64,000 bases of DNA, from positions 496,001-560,000 of the forward strand of contig OZ059900.1 of assembly GCA_964057225.1 (NCBI GenBank), given 5' to 3'. A model generated the notes under the pieces. That model was not told the origin of the DNA and ran no database searches. It was given only the letters and a program-made list of their open reading frames with translations. The stretch is from Auanema rhodensis (lineage: Eukaryota > Animalia > Nematoda). Shown in pieces: positions 40,731-55,320 of the stretch (position 1 is the first letter of the stretch; each line of letters begins with the position of its first letter). A program made the position numbers and the translations under genes.

Positions 40731-43700
40731 CACTAAGTATGGTCGTTTTTATGCCTTTAACACCATATACTCACCGATTTTTGGTACAAAATCTGTAATA
40801 CTCGTAAATTTTGATCATATTCGTTAAGATTTGAGAATCAAACACACAATACACAAAATCAGTCTATTTTTATGAGCTTGCACTGATATAGATTCATTTT
40901 GATCAAAAAAGGTCGAAAATAGAAAGAATTTTTGAAATTTCCGAGTTTTGAGTCCAATTTGGCTGAATCGCTCATATATATGATCAAAAGCATAGTTTTA
41001 TTGTCTATAACAACAAAAGTCATCAATTAAACGCTAGTGATGTTTTAATACTGAATTTCGCTCAAATAGCATTACTACACTAAGTATGGTCGTTTTTATG
41101 CCTTTAACACCATATACTCACCGATTTTTGGTACAAAATCTGTAATACTCGTAAATTTTGATCATATTCGTTAAGATTTGAAAATCAAACACACAATAAA
41201 CAAAATCAGTTTATTTTTATGAGTTTGCACTGATATATATTCATTTTGATCAAAAAAGGTCGAAAATAGAAAGAATTTTTGAAATTTCCGAGTTTTGAGT
41301 CCAATTTGGCTGAATCGCTCATATATATGATCAAAAGCATAGTTTTATTGTCTATAACAACAAAAGTCATCAATTGAACGCTAGTGATGTTTTAATACTG
41401 AATTTCGCTCAAATAGCATTACTACACTAAGTATGGTCGTTTTTATGCCTTTAACACCATATACTCACCGATTTTTGGTACAAAATCTGTAATACTCGTA
41501 AATTTTGATCATATTCGTTAAGATTTGAGAATCAAACACACAATAAACAAAATCAGTTTATTTTTATGAGTTTGCACTGATATATATTCATTTTGATCAA
41601 AAAAGGTCGAAAATAGAAAGAATTTTGGAAATGTCCGAGTTTTGAGTCCAATTTGGCTAAATCGCTCATATATATGATCAAAAGCATAGTTTTATTGTCT
41701 ATAACAACAAAAGTCATCAATTAAACGCTAGTGATGTTCAAATACTGATTTTCGCTCAAATAGCATTACTACACTAAGTATGGTCGTTTTTATGCCTTTA
41801 ACACCATATACTCACCGATTTTTGGTACAAAATCTGTAATACTCGTAAATTTTGATCATATTCGTTAAGATTTGAGAATCATACACACAATACACAAAAT
41901 CAGTCTATTTTTATGAGCTTGCACTGATATATATTCATTTTGATCAAAAAAGGTCGAAAATAGAAAGAATTTTTGAAATTTCCGAGTTTTGAGTCCAATT
42001 TGGCTAAATCGCTCATATATATGATCAAAAGCATAGTTTTATTGTCTATGACAACAAAAGTCATTAATTAAACACTAATGATGTTTAAATCACTAAATTT
42101 CGCTCAAATAGCATTACTACACTAAGTATGGTCGTTTTTATGCCTTTAACACCATATACTCACCGATTTTTGGTACAAAATCTGTAATACTCGTAAATTT
42201 TGATCATATTCGTTAAGATTTGAGAATCAAACACACAATACACAAAATCAGTCTATTTTTATGAGCTTGCACTGATATAGATTCATTTTGATCAAAAAAG
42301 GTCGAAAATAGAAAGAATTTTTGAAATTTCCGAGTTTTGAGTCCAATTTGGCTGAATCGCTCATATATATGATCAAAAGCATAGTTTTATTGTCTATAAC
42401 AACAAAAGTCATCAATTAAACGCTAGTGATGTTTTAATACTGAATTTCGCTCAAATAGCATTACTACACTAAGTATGGTCGTTTTTATGCCTTTAACACC
42501 ATATACTCACCGATTTTTGGTACAAAATCTGTAATACTCGTAAATTTTGATCATATTCGTTAAGATTTGAAAATCAAACACACAATAAACAAAATCAGTT
42601 TATTTTTATGAGTTTGCACTGATATATATTCATTTTGATCAAAAAAGGTCGAAAATAGAAAGAATTTTGGAAATGTCCGAGTTTTGAGTCCAATTTGGCT
42701 AAATCGCTCATATATATGATCAAAAGCATAGTTTTATTGTCTATGACAACAAAAGTCATTAATTAAACACTAATGATGTTTAAATCACTAAATTTCGCTC
42801 AAATAGCATTACTACACTAAGTATGGTCGTTTTTATGCCTTTAACACCATATACTCACCGATTTTTGGTACAAAATCTGTAATACTCGTAAATTTTGATC
42901 ATATTCGTTAAGATTTGAGAATCAAACACACAATACACAAAATCAGTCTATTTTTATGAGTTTGCACTGATATATATTCATTTTGATCAAAAAAGGTCGA
43001 AAATAGAAAGAATTTTGGAAATGTCCGAGTTTTGAGTCGAATTTGGCTAAATCGCTCATATATATGATCAAAAGCATAGTTTTATTGTCTATGACAACAA
43101 AAGTCATTAATTAAACACTAATGATGTTTAAATCACTAAATTTCGCTCAAATAGCATTACTACACTAAGTATGGTCGTTTTTATGCCTTTAACACCATAT
43201 ACTCACCGATTTTTGGTACAAAATCTGTAATACTCGTAAATTTTGATCATATTCGTTAAGATTTGAGAATCAAACACACAATACACAAAATCAGTCTATT
43301 TTTATGAGCTTGCACTGATATAGATTCATTTTGATCAAAAAAGGTCGAAAATAGAAAGAATTTTTGAAATTTCCGAGTTTTGAGTCCAATTTGGCTGAAT
43401 CGCTCATATATATGATCAAAAGCATAGTTTTATTGTCTATAACAACAAAAGTCATCAATTAAACGCTAGTGATGTTTTAATACTGAATTTCGCTCAAATA
43501 GCATTACTACACTAAGTATGGTCGTTTTTATGCCTTTAACACCATATACTCACCGATTTTTGGTACAAAATCTGTAATACTCGTAAATTTTGATCATATT
43601 CGTTAAGATTTGAAAATCAAACACACAATAAACAAAATCAGTTTATTTTTATGAGTTTGCACTGATATATATTCATTTTGATCAAAAAAGGTCGAAAATA

Positions 43701-46700
43701 GAAAGAATTTTTGAATTTTCCGAGTTTTGAGTCCAATTGGGCTAAATCGCTTATATATATGATCAAAAGCATAGTTTTATTGTCTATGACAACAAAAGTC
43801 ATTAATTAAACACTAATGATGTTTAAATCACTAAATTTCGCTCAAATAGCATTACTACACTAAGTATGGTCGTTTTTATGCCTTTAACACCATATACTCA
43901 CCGATTTTTGGTACAAAATCTGTAATACTCGTAAATTTTGATCATATTCGTTAAGATTTGAGAATCAAACACACAATAAACAAAATCAGTTTATTTTTAT
44001 GAGTTTGCACTGATATATATTCATTTTGATCAAAAAAGGTCGAAAATAGAAAGAATTTTGGAAATGTCCGAGTTTTGAGTCCAATTTGGCTAAATCGCTC
44101 ATATATATGATCAAAAGCATAGTTTTATTGTCTATAACAACAAAAGTCATTAATTAAACACTAATGATGTTTAAATCACTAAATTTCGCTCAAATAGCAT
44201 TACTACACTAAGTATGGTCGTTTTTATGCCTTTAACACCATATACTCACCGATTTTTGGTACAAAATCTGTAATACTCGTAAATTTTGATCATATTCGTT
44301 AAGATTTGAGAATCAAACACACAATACACAAAATCAGTCTATTTTCATGAGCTTGCACTGATATAGATTCATTTTGATCAAAAAAGGTCGAAAATAGAAA
44401 GAATTTTTGAAATTTCCGAGTTTTGAGTCCAATTTGGCTGAATCGCTCATATATATGATCAAAAGCATAGTTTTATTGTCTATAGCAACAAAAGTCATCA
44501 ATTAAACGCTAGTGATGTTTAAATACTGAATTTCGCTCAAATAGCATTACTACACTAAGTATGGTCGTTTTTATGCCTTTAACACCATATACTCACCGAT
44601 TTTTGGTACAAAATCTGTAATACTTGTAAATTTTGATCATATTTGTTAAGATTTGAGAATCAAACACACAATACACAAAATCAGTCTATTTTTATGAGTT
44701 TGCACTGATATATATTCATTTTGATCAAAAAAGGTCGAAAATAGAAAGAATTTTGGAAATGTCCGAGTTTTGAGTCCAATTTGGCTAAATCGCTCATATA
44801 TATGATCAAAAGCATAGTTTTATTGTCTATAACAACAAAAGTCATCAATTAAACGCTAGTGATGTTTTAATACTGAATTTCGCTCAAATAGCATTACTAC
44901 ACTAAGTATGGTCGTTTTTATGCCTTTAACACCATATACTCACCGATTTTCGGTACAAAATCTGTAATACTTGTAAATTTTGATCATATTTGTTAAGATT
45001 TGAGAATCAAACACACAATACACAAAATCAGTCTATTTTTATGAGTTTGCACTGATATATATTCATTTTGATCAAAAAAGGTCGAAAATAGAAAGAATTT
45101 TGGAAATGTCCGAGTTTTGAGTCCAATTTGGCTAAATCGCTCATATATATGATCAAAAGCATAGTTTTATTGTTTATAACAACAAAAGTCATCAATTAAA
45201 CGCTAGTGATGTTTAAATACTGAATTTCGCTCAAATAGCATAACTACACTAAGTATGGTCGTTTTTATGCCTTTAACACCATATACTCACCGATTTTTGG
45301 TACAAAATCTGTAATACTCGTAAATTTTGATCATATTCGTTAAGATTTGAGAATCACTACATACAATACACGAAATCAGTCTATTTTTATGAGCTTGCAC
45401 TGATATATATTCATTTTGATCAAAAAAGGTCGAAAATAGAAAGAATTTTTGAAATTTCCGAGTTTTGAGTCTAATTTGGCTAAATCGCTCATATATATGA
45501 TCAGAAGCATAGTTTTGTTGTCTATGACAACAAAAGTCATCAATTAAACGCTAGTGATGTTTAAATACTGATTTTCGCTCAAATAGCATTACTACACTAA
45601 GTATGGTCGTTTTTATGCCTTTAACACCATATACTCACCGATTTTTGGTACAAAATCTGTAATACTCGTAAATTTTGATCATATTCGTTAAGATTTGAGA
45701 ATCAAACACACAATACACAAAATCAGTCTATTTTTATGAGCTTGCACTGATATATATTCATTTTGATCAAAAAAGGTCGAAAATAGAAAGAATTTTTGAA
45801 ATTTCCGAGTTTTGAGTCCAATTTGGCTAAATCGCTCATATATATGATCAAAAGCATAGTTTTATTGTCTATGACAACAAAAGTCATTAATTAAACACTA
45901 ATGATGTTTAAATCACTAAATTTCGCTCAAATAGCATTACTACACTAAGTATGGTCGTTTTTATGCCTTTAACACCATATACTCACCGATTTTTGGTACA
46001 AAATCTGTAATACTCGTAAATTTTGATCATATTCGTTAAGATTTGAGAATCAAACACACAATACACAAAATCAGTCTATTTTTATGAGCTTGCACTGATA
46101 TAGATTCATTTTGATCAAAAAAGGTCGAAAATAGAAAGAATTTTTGAAATTTCCGAGTTTTGAGTCCAATTTGGCTGAATCGCTCATATATATGATCAAA
46201 AGCATAGTTTTATTGTCTATAACAACAAAAGTCATCAATTAAACGCTGGTGATGTTTAAATACTGATTTTCGCTCAAATAGCATTACTACACTAAGTATG
46301 GTCGTTTTTATGCCTTTAACACCATATACTCACCGATTTTTGGTACAAAATCTGTAATACTCGTAAATTTTGATCATATTCGTTAAGATTTGAGAATCAA
46401 ACACACAATACACAAAATCAGTCTATTTTTATGAGCTTGCACTGATATATATTCATTTTGATCAAAAAAGGTCGAAAATAGAAAGAATTTTTGAAATTTC
46501 CGAGTTTTGAGTCCAATTTGGCTAAATCGCTCATATATATGATCAAAAGCATAGTTTTATTGTCTATGACAACAAAAGTCATTAATTAAACACTAATGAT
46601 GTTTAAATCACTAAATTTCGCTCAAATAGCATTACTACACTAAGTATGGTCGTTTTTATGCCTTTAACACCATATACTCACCGATTTTTGGTACAAAATC

Positions 46701-49700
46701 TGTAATACTCGTAAATTTTGATCATATTCGTTAAGATTTGAGAATCAAACACACAATACACAAAATCAGTCTATTTTTATGAGCTTGCACTGATATAGAT
46801 TCATTTTGATCAAAAAAGGTCGAAAATAGAAAGAATTTTTGAAATTTCCGAGTTTTGAGTCCAATTTGGCTGAATCGCTCATATATATGATCAAAAGCAT
46901 AGTTTTATTGTCTATAACAACAAAAGTCATCAATTAAACGCTAGTGATGTTTTAATACTGAATTTCGCTCAAATAGCATTACTACACTAAGTATGGTCGT
47001 TTTTATGCCTTTAACACCATATACTCACCGATTTTTGGTACAAAATCTGTAATACTCGTAAATTTTGATCATATTCGTTAAGATTTGAAAATCAAACACA
47101 CAATAAACAAAATCAGTTTATTTTTATGAGTTTGCACTGATATATATTCATTTTGATCAAAAAAGGTCGAAAATAGAAAGAATTTTGGAAATGTCCGAGT
47201 TTTGAGTCCAATTTGGCTAAATCGCTCATATATATGATCAAAAGCATAGTTTTATTGTCTATAACAACAAAAGTCATCAATTAAACGCTAGTGATGTTCA
47301 AATACTGATTTTCGCTCAAATAGCATTACTACACTAAGTATGGTCGTTTTTATGCCTTTAACACCATATACTCACCGATTTTTGGTACAAAATCTGTAAT
47401 ACTCGTAAATTTTGATCATATTCGTTAAGATTTGAGAATCAAACACACAATACACAAAATCAGTCTATTTTTATGAGCTTGCACTGATATATATTCATTT
47501 TGATCAAAAAAGGTCGAAAATAGAAAGAATTTTTGAAATTTCCGAGTTTTGAGTCCAATTTGGCTAAATCGCTCATATATATGATCAAAAGCATAGTTTT
47601 ATTGTCTATGACAACAAAAGTCATTAATTAAACACTAATGATGTTTAAATCACTAAATTTCGCTCAAATAGCATTACTACACTAAGTATGGTCGTTTTTA
47701 TGCCTTCAACACCATATACTCACCGATTTTTGGTACAAAATCTGTAATACTCGTAAATTTTGATCATATTCGTTAAGATTTGAGAATCAAACACACAATA
47801 CACAAAATCAGTCTATTTTTATGAGCTTGCACTGATATAGATTCATTTTGATCAAAAAAGGTCGAAAATAGAAAGAATTTTTGAAATTTCCGAGTTTTGA
47901 GTCCAATTTGGCTGAATCGCTCATATATATGATCAAAAGCATAGTTTTATTGTCTATAACAACAAAAGTCATCAATTAAACGCTAGTGATGTTTTAATAC
48001 TGAATTTCGCTCAAATAGCATTACTACACTAAGTATGGTCGTTTTTATGCCTTTAACACCATATACTCACCGATTTTTGGTACAAAATCTGTAATACTCG
48101 TAAATTTTGATCATATTCGTTAAGATTTGAAAATCAAACACACAATAAACAAAATCAGTTTATTTTTATGAGTTTGCACTGATATATATTCATTTTGATC
48201 AAAAAAGGTCGAAAATAGAAAGAATTTTGGAAATGTCCGAGTTTTGAGTCCAATTTGGCTAAATCGCTCATATATATGATCAAAAGCATAGTTTTATTGT
48301 CTATGACAACAAAAGTCATTAATTAAACACTAATGATGTTTAAATCACTAAATTTCGCTCAAATAGCATTACTACACTAAGTATGGTCGTTTTTATGCCT
48401 TTAACACCATATACTCACCGATTTTTGGTACAAAATCTGTAATACTCGTAAATTTTGATCATATTCGTTAAGATTTGAGAATCAAACACACAATACACAA
48501 AATCAGTCTATTTTTATGAGTTTGCACTGATATATATTCATTTTGATCAAAAAAGGTCGAAAATAGAAAGAATTTTGGAAATGTCCGAGTTTTGAGTCGA
48601 ATTTGGCTAAATCGCTCATATATATGATCAAAAGCATAGTTTTATTGTCTATGACAACAAAAGTCATTAATTAAACACTAATGATGTTTAAATCACTAAA
48701 TTTCGCTCAAATAGCATTACTACACTAAGTATGGTCGTTTTTATGCCTTTAACACCATATACTCACCGATTTTTGGTACAAAATCTGTAATACTCGTAAA
48801 TTTTGATCATATTCGTTAAGATTTGAGAATCAAACACACAATACACAAAATCAGTCTATTTTTATGAGCTTGCACTGATATAGATTCATTTTGATCAAAA
48901 AAGGTCGAAAATAGAAAGAATTTTTGAAATTTCCGAGTTTTGAGTCCAATTTGGCTGAATCGCTCATATATATGATCAAAAGCATAGTTTTATTGTCTAT
49001 AACAACAAAAGTCATCAATTAAACGCTAGTGATGTTTTAATACTGAATTTCGCTCAAATAGCATTACTACACTAAGTATGGTCGTTTTTATGCCTTTAAC
49101 ACCATATACTCACCGATTTTTGGTACAAAATCTGTAATACTCGTAAATTTTGATCATATTCGTTAAGATTTGAAAATCAAACACACAATAAACAAAATCA
49201 GTTCATTTTTATGAGTTTGCACTGATATATATTCATTTTGATCAAAAAAGGTCGAAAATAGAAAGAATTTTTGAATTTTCCGAGTTTTGAGTCCAATTGG
49301 GCTAAATCGCTTATATATATGATCAAAAGCATAGTTTTATTGTCTATGACAACAAAAGTCATTAATTAAACACTAATGATGTTTAAATCACTAAATTTCG
49401 CTCAAATAGCATTACTACACTAAGTATGGTCGTTTTTATGCCTTTAACACCATATACTCACGGATTTTTGGTACAAAATCTGTAATACTCGTAAATTTTG
49501 ATCATATTCGTTAAGATTTGAGAATCAAACACACAATACACAAAATCAGTCTATTTTTATGAGCTTGCACTGATATATATTCATTTTGATCAAAAAAGGT
49601 CGAAAATAGAAAGAATTTTTGAAATTTCCGAGTTTTGAGTCCAATTTGGCTAAATCGCTCATATATATGATCAAAAGCATAGTTTTATTGTCTATAACAA

Positions 49701-49819
49701 CAAAAGTCATTAATTAAACGCTAGTGATGTTTAAATACTGATTTTCGCTCAAATAGCATTACTACACTAAGTATGGTCGTTTTTATGCCTTTAACACCAT
49801 ATACTCACCGATTTTTGGT

Positions 49820-51730
49820 ACAAAATCTGTAATACTTGTAAATTTTGATCATATTCGTTAAGATTCAAGAATCAAACACATAATACACGAAATGAGTCTA
49901 TTTTTATGAGTTTGCACTGATATTTATTTATTTTGATCAAAAAAGGTCGAAAATAGAAAGAATTTTTGAATTTTCCGAGTTTTGAGTCCAATTGGGCTAA
50001 ATCGCTCATATATATGATCAAAAGCATAGTTTTACTGTCTATAACAACAAAAGTCATCAATTAAACGCTAGTGATAATTAAATACTGATTTTCGCTCAAA
50101 TAGCATTACTACACTAAGTATGGTCGTTTTTATGCCTTTAACACCATATACTCACCGATTTTTGGTACAAAATCTGTAATACTTGTAAATTTTGATCATA
50201 TTCGTTAAGATTCGAGAATCAAACACATAATACACGAAATAAGTCTATTTTTATGAGTTTGCACTGATATTTATTTATTTTGATCAAAAAAGGTCGAAAA
50301 TAGAAAGAATTTTTGAATTTTCCGAGTTTTGAGTCCAATTGGGCTAAATCGCTCATATATATGATCAAAAGCATAGTTTTACTGTCTATAACAACAAAAG
50401 TCATCAATTAAACGCTAGTGATATTCAAATACTGATTTTCGCTCAAGTAGCATTACTACACTAAGTATGGTCGTTTTTATGCCTTTAACACCATGTACTC
50501 ACCGATTTTTGGTACAAAATCTGTAATACTTGTAAATTTTGATCATATTCGTTAAGATTTGAGAATCAAACATACAATACACAAAATCAGTCTATTTTTA
50601 TGAGCTTGCACTGATATATATTCATTTTGATCAAAAAAGGTCGAAAATAGAAAGAATTTTTGAAATTTCCGAGTTTTGAGCCCAATTGGGCTAAATCGCT
50701 CATATATATGATCAAAAGCATAGTTTTTTTGTCTATGATAACAAAAGTCTTTGAATATACACTAATAATGTTTAAATCACTGAATTTCACTCAAATAGCA
50801 TTACTACACTAAGTATGGTCGTTTTTATGCCTCTAACACCATATACTCACCGATTTTTGGTACAAAATCTGTAATACTTGTAAATTTTGATCATATTCGT
50901 TAAGATTCGAGAATCAAACACATAATACACGAAATAAGTCTATTTTTATGAGTTTGCACTGATTATTATTCATTTTGATCAAAAAAGGTCGAAAATAGAA
51001 AGAATTTTTGAAATTTCCGAGTTTTGAGTCCAATTGGGCTAAATCGCTCATATATATGATCAAAAACATAGTTTTATTGTCTATAACAACAAAAGTCATC
51101 AATTAAACGCTAGTGATGTTTAAATACTGATTTTCGCTCAAATAGCATTACTACACTAAGTATGGTCGTTTTTATGCCTTTAACACCATATACTCACCGA
51201 TTTTTGGTACAAAATCTGTGATACTCGTAAATTTTGATCATATTCGGTGAGATTCGAGAATCAAACACACAATACACGAAATAAGTTTATTTTTACGAGT
51301 TTGCACTGATATTTATTCATTTTGATCAAAAAAGGTCGAAAATAGAAAGAATTTTTGAAATTTCCGAGTTTTGAGTCTAATTTGGCTAAATCGCTCATAT
51401 ATATGATCAAAAGCATAGTTTTATTGTCTATGATAACAAAAGTCTTCAAATATACACTAATAATGTTTAAATCACTGAATTTCACTCAAATAGCATTACT
51501 ACACTAAGTATGGTCGTTTTTATGCCTTTAACACCATATACTCACCGATTTTTGGTACAAAATCTGTAATACTTGTAAATTTTGATCATATTTGTTAAGA
51601 TTTGAGAATCAAACACACAATACACAAAATCAGTATATTTTTATGAGTTTGCACTGATATATATTCATTTTGATCAAAAAAGGTCGAAAATAGAAAGAAT
51701 TTTGGAAATGTCCGAGTTTTGAGTCGAATT
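49820..51730. repeat. Divergent cassette, copy 3, ending in an F/L hybrid monomer
   Basis: ORF cluster 49872-51485; offset 11118 (32 monomers) from copy 2. Confidence 0.9.
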
Positions 51731-52949
51731 TGGCTAAATCGCTCATATATATGATCAAAAGCATAGTTTTATTGTCTATGACAACAAAAGTCATTAATTA
51801 AACACTAATGATGTTTAAATCACTAAATTTCGCTCAAATAGCATTACTACACTAAGTATGGTCGTTTTTATGCCTTTAACACCATATACTCACCGATTTT
51901 TGGTACAAAATCTGTAATACTCGTAAATTTTGATCATATTCGTTAAGATTTGAGAATCAAACACACAATACACAAAATCAGTCTATTTTTATGAGCTTGC
52001 ACTGATATAGATTCATTTTGATCAAAAAAGGTCGAAAATAGAAAGAATTTTTGAAATTTCCGAGTTTTGAGTCCAATTTGGCTGAATCGCTCATATATAT
52101 GATCAAAAGCATAGTTTTATTGTCTATAACAACAAAAGTCATCAATTAAACGCTAGTGATGTTTTAATACTGAATTTCGCTCAAATAGCATTACTACACT
52201 AAGTATGGTCGTTTTTATGCCTTTAACACCATATACTCACCGATTTTTGGTACAAAATCTGTAATACTCGTAAATTTTGATCATATTCGTTAAGATTTGA
52301 AAATCAAACACACAATAAACAAAATCAGTTCATTTTTATGAGTTTGCACTGATATATATTCATTTTGATCAAAAAAGGTCGAAAATAGAAAGAATTTTTG
52401 AATTTTCCGAGTTTTGAGTCCAATTGGGCTAAATCGCTTATATATATGATCAAAAGCATAGTTTTATTGTCTATGACAACAAAAGTCATTAATTAAACAC
52501 TAATGATGTTTAAATCACTAAATTTCGCTCAAATAGCATTACTACACTAAGTATGGTCGTTTTTATGCCTTTAACACCATATACTCACGGATTTTTGGTA
52601 CAAAATCTGTAATACTCGTAAATTTTGATCATATTCGTTAAGATTTGAGAATCAAACACACAATACACAAAATCAGTCTATTTTTATGAGCTTGCACTGA
52701 TATATATTCATTTTGATCAAAAAAGGTCGAAAATAGAAAGAATTTTTGAAATTTCCGAGTTTTGAGTCCAATTTGGCTAAATCGCTCATATATATGATCA
52801 AAAGCATAGTTTTATTGTCTATAACAACAAAAGTCATTAATTAAACGCTAGTGATGTTTAAATACTGATTTTCGCTCAAATAGCATTACTACACTAAGTA
52901 TGGTCGTTTTTATGCCTTTAACACCATATACTCACCGATTTTTGGTACA

Positions 52950-55320
52950 AAATCTGTAATACTTGTAAATTTTGATCATATTCGTTAAGATTCAAGAATC
53001 AAACACATAATACACGAAATGAGTCTATTTTTATGAGTTTGCACTGATATTTATTTATTTTGATCAAAAAAGGTCGAAAATAGAAAGAATTTTTGAATTT
53101 TCCGAGTTTTGAGTCCAATTGGGCTAAATCGCTCATATATATGATCAAAAGCATAGTTTTACTGTCTATAACAACAAAAGTCATCAATTAAACGCTAGTG
53201 ATAATTAAATACTGATTTTCGCTCAAATAGCATTACTACACTAAGTATGGTCGTTTTTATGCCTTTAACACCATATACTCACCGATTTTTGGTACAAAAT
53301 CTGTAATACTTGTAAATTTTGATCATATTCGTTAAGATTCGAGAATCAAACACATAATACACGAAATAAGTCTATTTTTATGAGTTTGCACTGATATTTA
53401 TTTATTTTGATCAAAAAAGGTCGAAAATAGAAAGAATTTTTGAATTTTCCGAGTTTTGAGTCCAATTGGGCTAAATCGCTCATATATATGATCAAAAGCA
53501 TAGTTTTACTGTCTATAACAACAAAAGTCATCAATTAAACGCTAGTGATATTCAAATACTGATTTTCGCTCAAGTAGCATTACTACACTAAGTATGGTCG
53601 TTTTTATGCCTTTAACACCATATACTCACCGATTTTTGGTACAAAATCTGTAATACTTGTAAATTTTGATCATATTCGTTAAGATTCGAGAATCAAACAC
53701 ATAATACACGAAATAAGTCTATTTTTATGAGTTTGCACTGATATTTATTTATTTTGATCAAAAAAGGTCGAAAATAGAAAGAATTTTTGAATTTTCCGAG
53801 TTTTGAGTCCAATTGGGCTAAATCGCTCATATATATGATCAAAAGCATAGTTTTACTGTCTATAACAACAAAAGTCATCAATTAAACGCTAGTGATATTC
53901 AAATACTGATTTTCGCTCAAGTAGCATTACTACACTAAGTATGGTCGTTTTTATGCCTTTAACACCATGTACTCACCGATTTTTGGTACAAAATCTGTAA
54001 TACTTGTAAATTTTGATCATATTCGTTAAGATTTGAGAATCAAACATACAATACACAAAATCAGTCTATTTTTATGAGCTTGCACTGATATATATTCATT
54101 TTGATCAAAAAAGGTCGAAAATAGAAAGAATTTTTGAAATTTCCGAGTTTTGAGCCCAATTGGGCTAAATCGCTCATATATATGATCAAAAGCATAGTTT
54201 TTTTGTCTATGATAACAAAAGTCTTTGAATATACACTAATAATGTTTAAATCACTGAATTTCACTCAAATAGCATTACTACACTAAGTATGGTCGTTTTT
54301 ATGCCTCTAACACCATATACTCACCGATTTTTGGTACAAAATCTGTAATACTTGTAAATTTTGATCATATTCGTTAAGATTCGAGAATCAAACACATAAT
54401 ACACGAAATAAGTCTATTTTTATGAGTTTGCACTGATTATTATTCATTTTGATCAAAAAAGGTCGAAAATAGAAAGAATTTTTGAAATTTCCGAGTTTTG
54501 AGTCCAATTGGGCTAAATCGCTCATATATATGATCAAAAACATAGTTTTATTGTCTATAACAACAAAAGTCATCAATTAAACGCTAGTGATGTTTAAATA
54601 CTGATTTTCGCTCAAATAGCATTACTACACTAAGTATGGTCGTTTTTATGCCTTTAACACCATATACTCACCGATTTTTGGTACAAAATCTGTGATACTC
54701 GTAAATTTTGATCATATTCGGTGAGATTCGAGAATCAAACACACAATACACGAAATAAGTTTATTTTTACGAGTTTGCACTGATATTTATTCATTTTGAT
54801 CAAAAAAGGTCGAAAATAGAAAGAATTTTTGAAATTTCCGAGTTTTGAGTCTAATTTGGCTAAATCGCTCATATATATGATCAAAAGCATAGTTTTATTG
54901 TCTATGATAACAAAAGTCTTCAAATATACACTAATAATGTTTAAATCACTGAATTTCACTCAAATAGCATTACTACACTAAGTATGGTCGTTTTTATGCC
55001 TTTAACACCATATACTCACCGATTTTTGGTACAAAATCTGTAATACTTGTAAATTTTGATCATATTTGTTAAGATTTGAGAATCAAACACACAATACACA
55101 AAATCAGTATATTTTTATGAGTTTGCACTGATATATATTCATTTTGATCAAAAAAGGTCGAAAATAGAAAGAATTTTGGAAATGTCCGAGTTTTGAGTCG
55201 AATTTGGCTAAATCGCTCATATATATGATCAAAAGCATAGTTTTACTGTCTATAACAACAAAAGTCATCAATTAAACGCTAGTGATATTTAAATACTGAT
55301 TTTCGCTCAAGTAGCATTAC
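52950..55320. repeat. Divergent cassette, copy 4, with a duplicated B monomer (A-B-B-C-D-E-F)
   Basis: Identical ORFs at 53346 and 53693 (347 apart); offset 3127 from copy 3. Confidence 0.9.
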
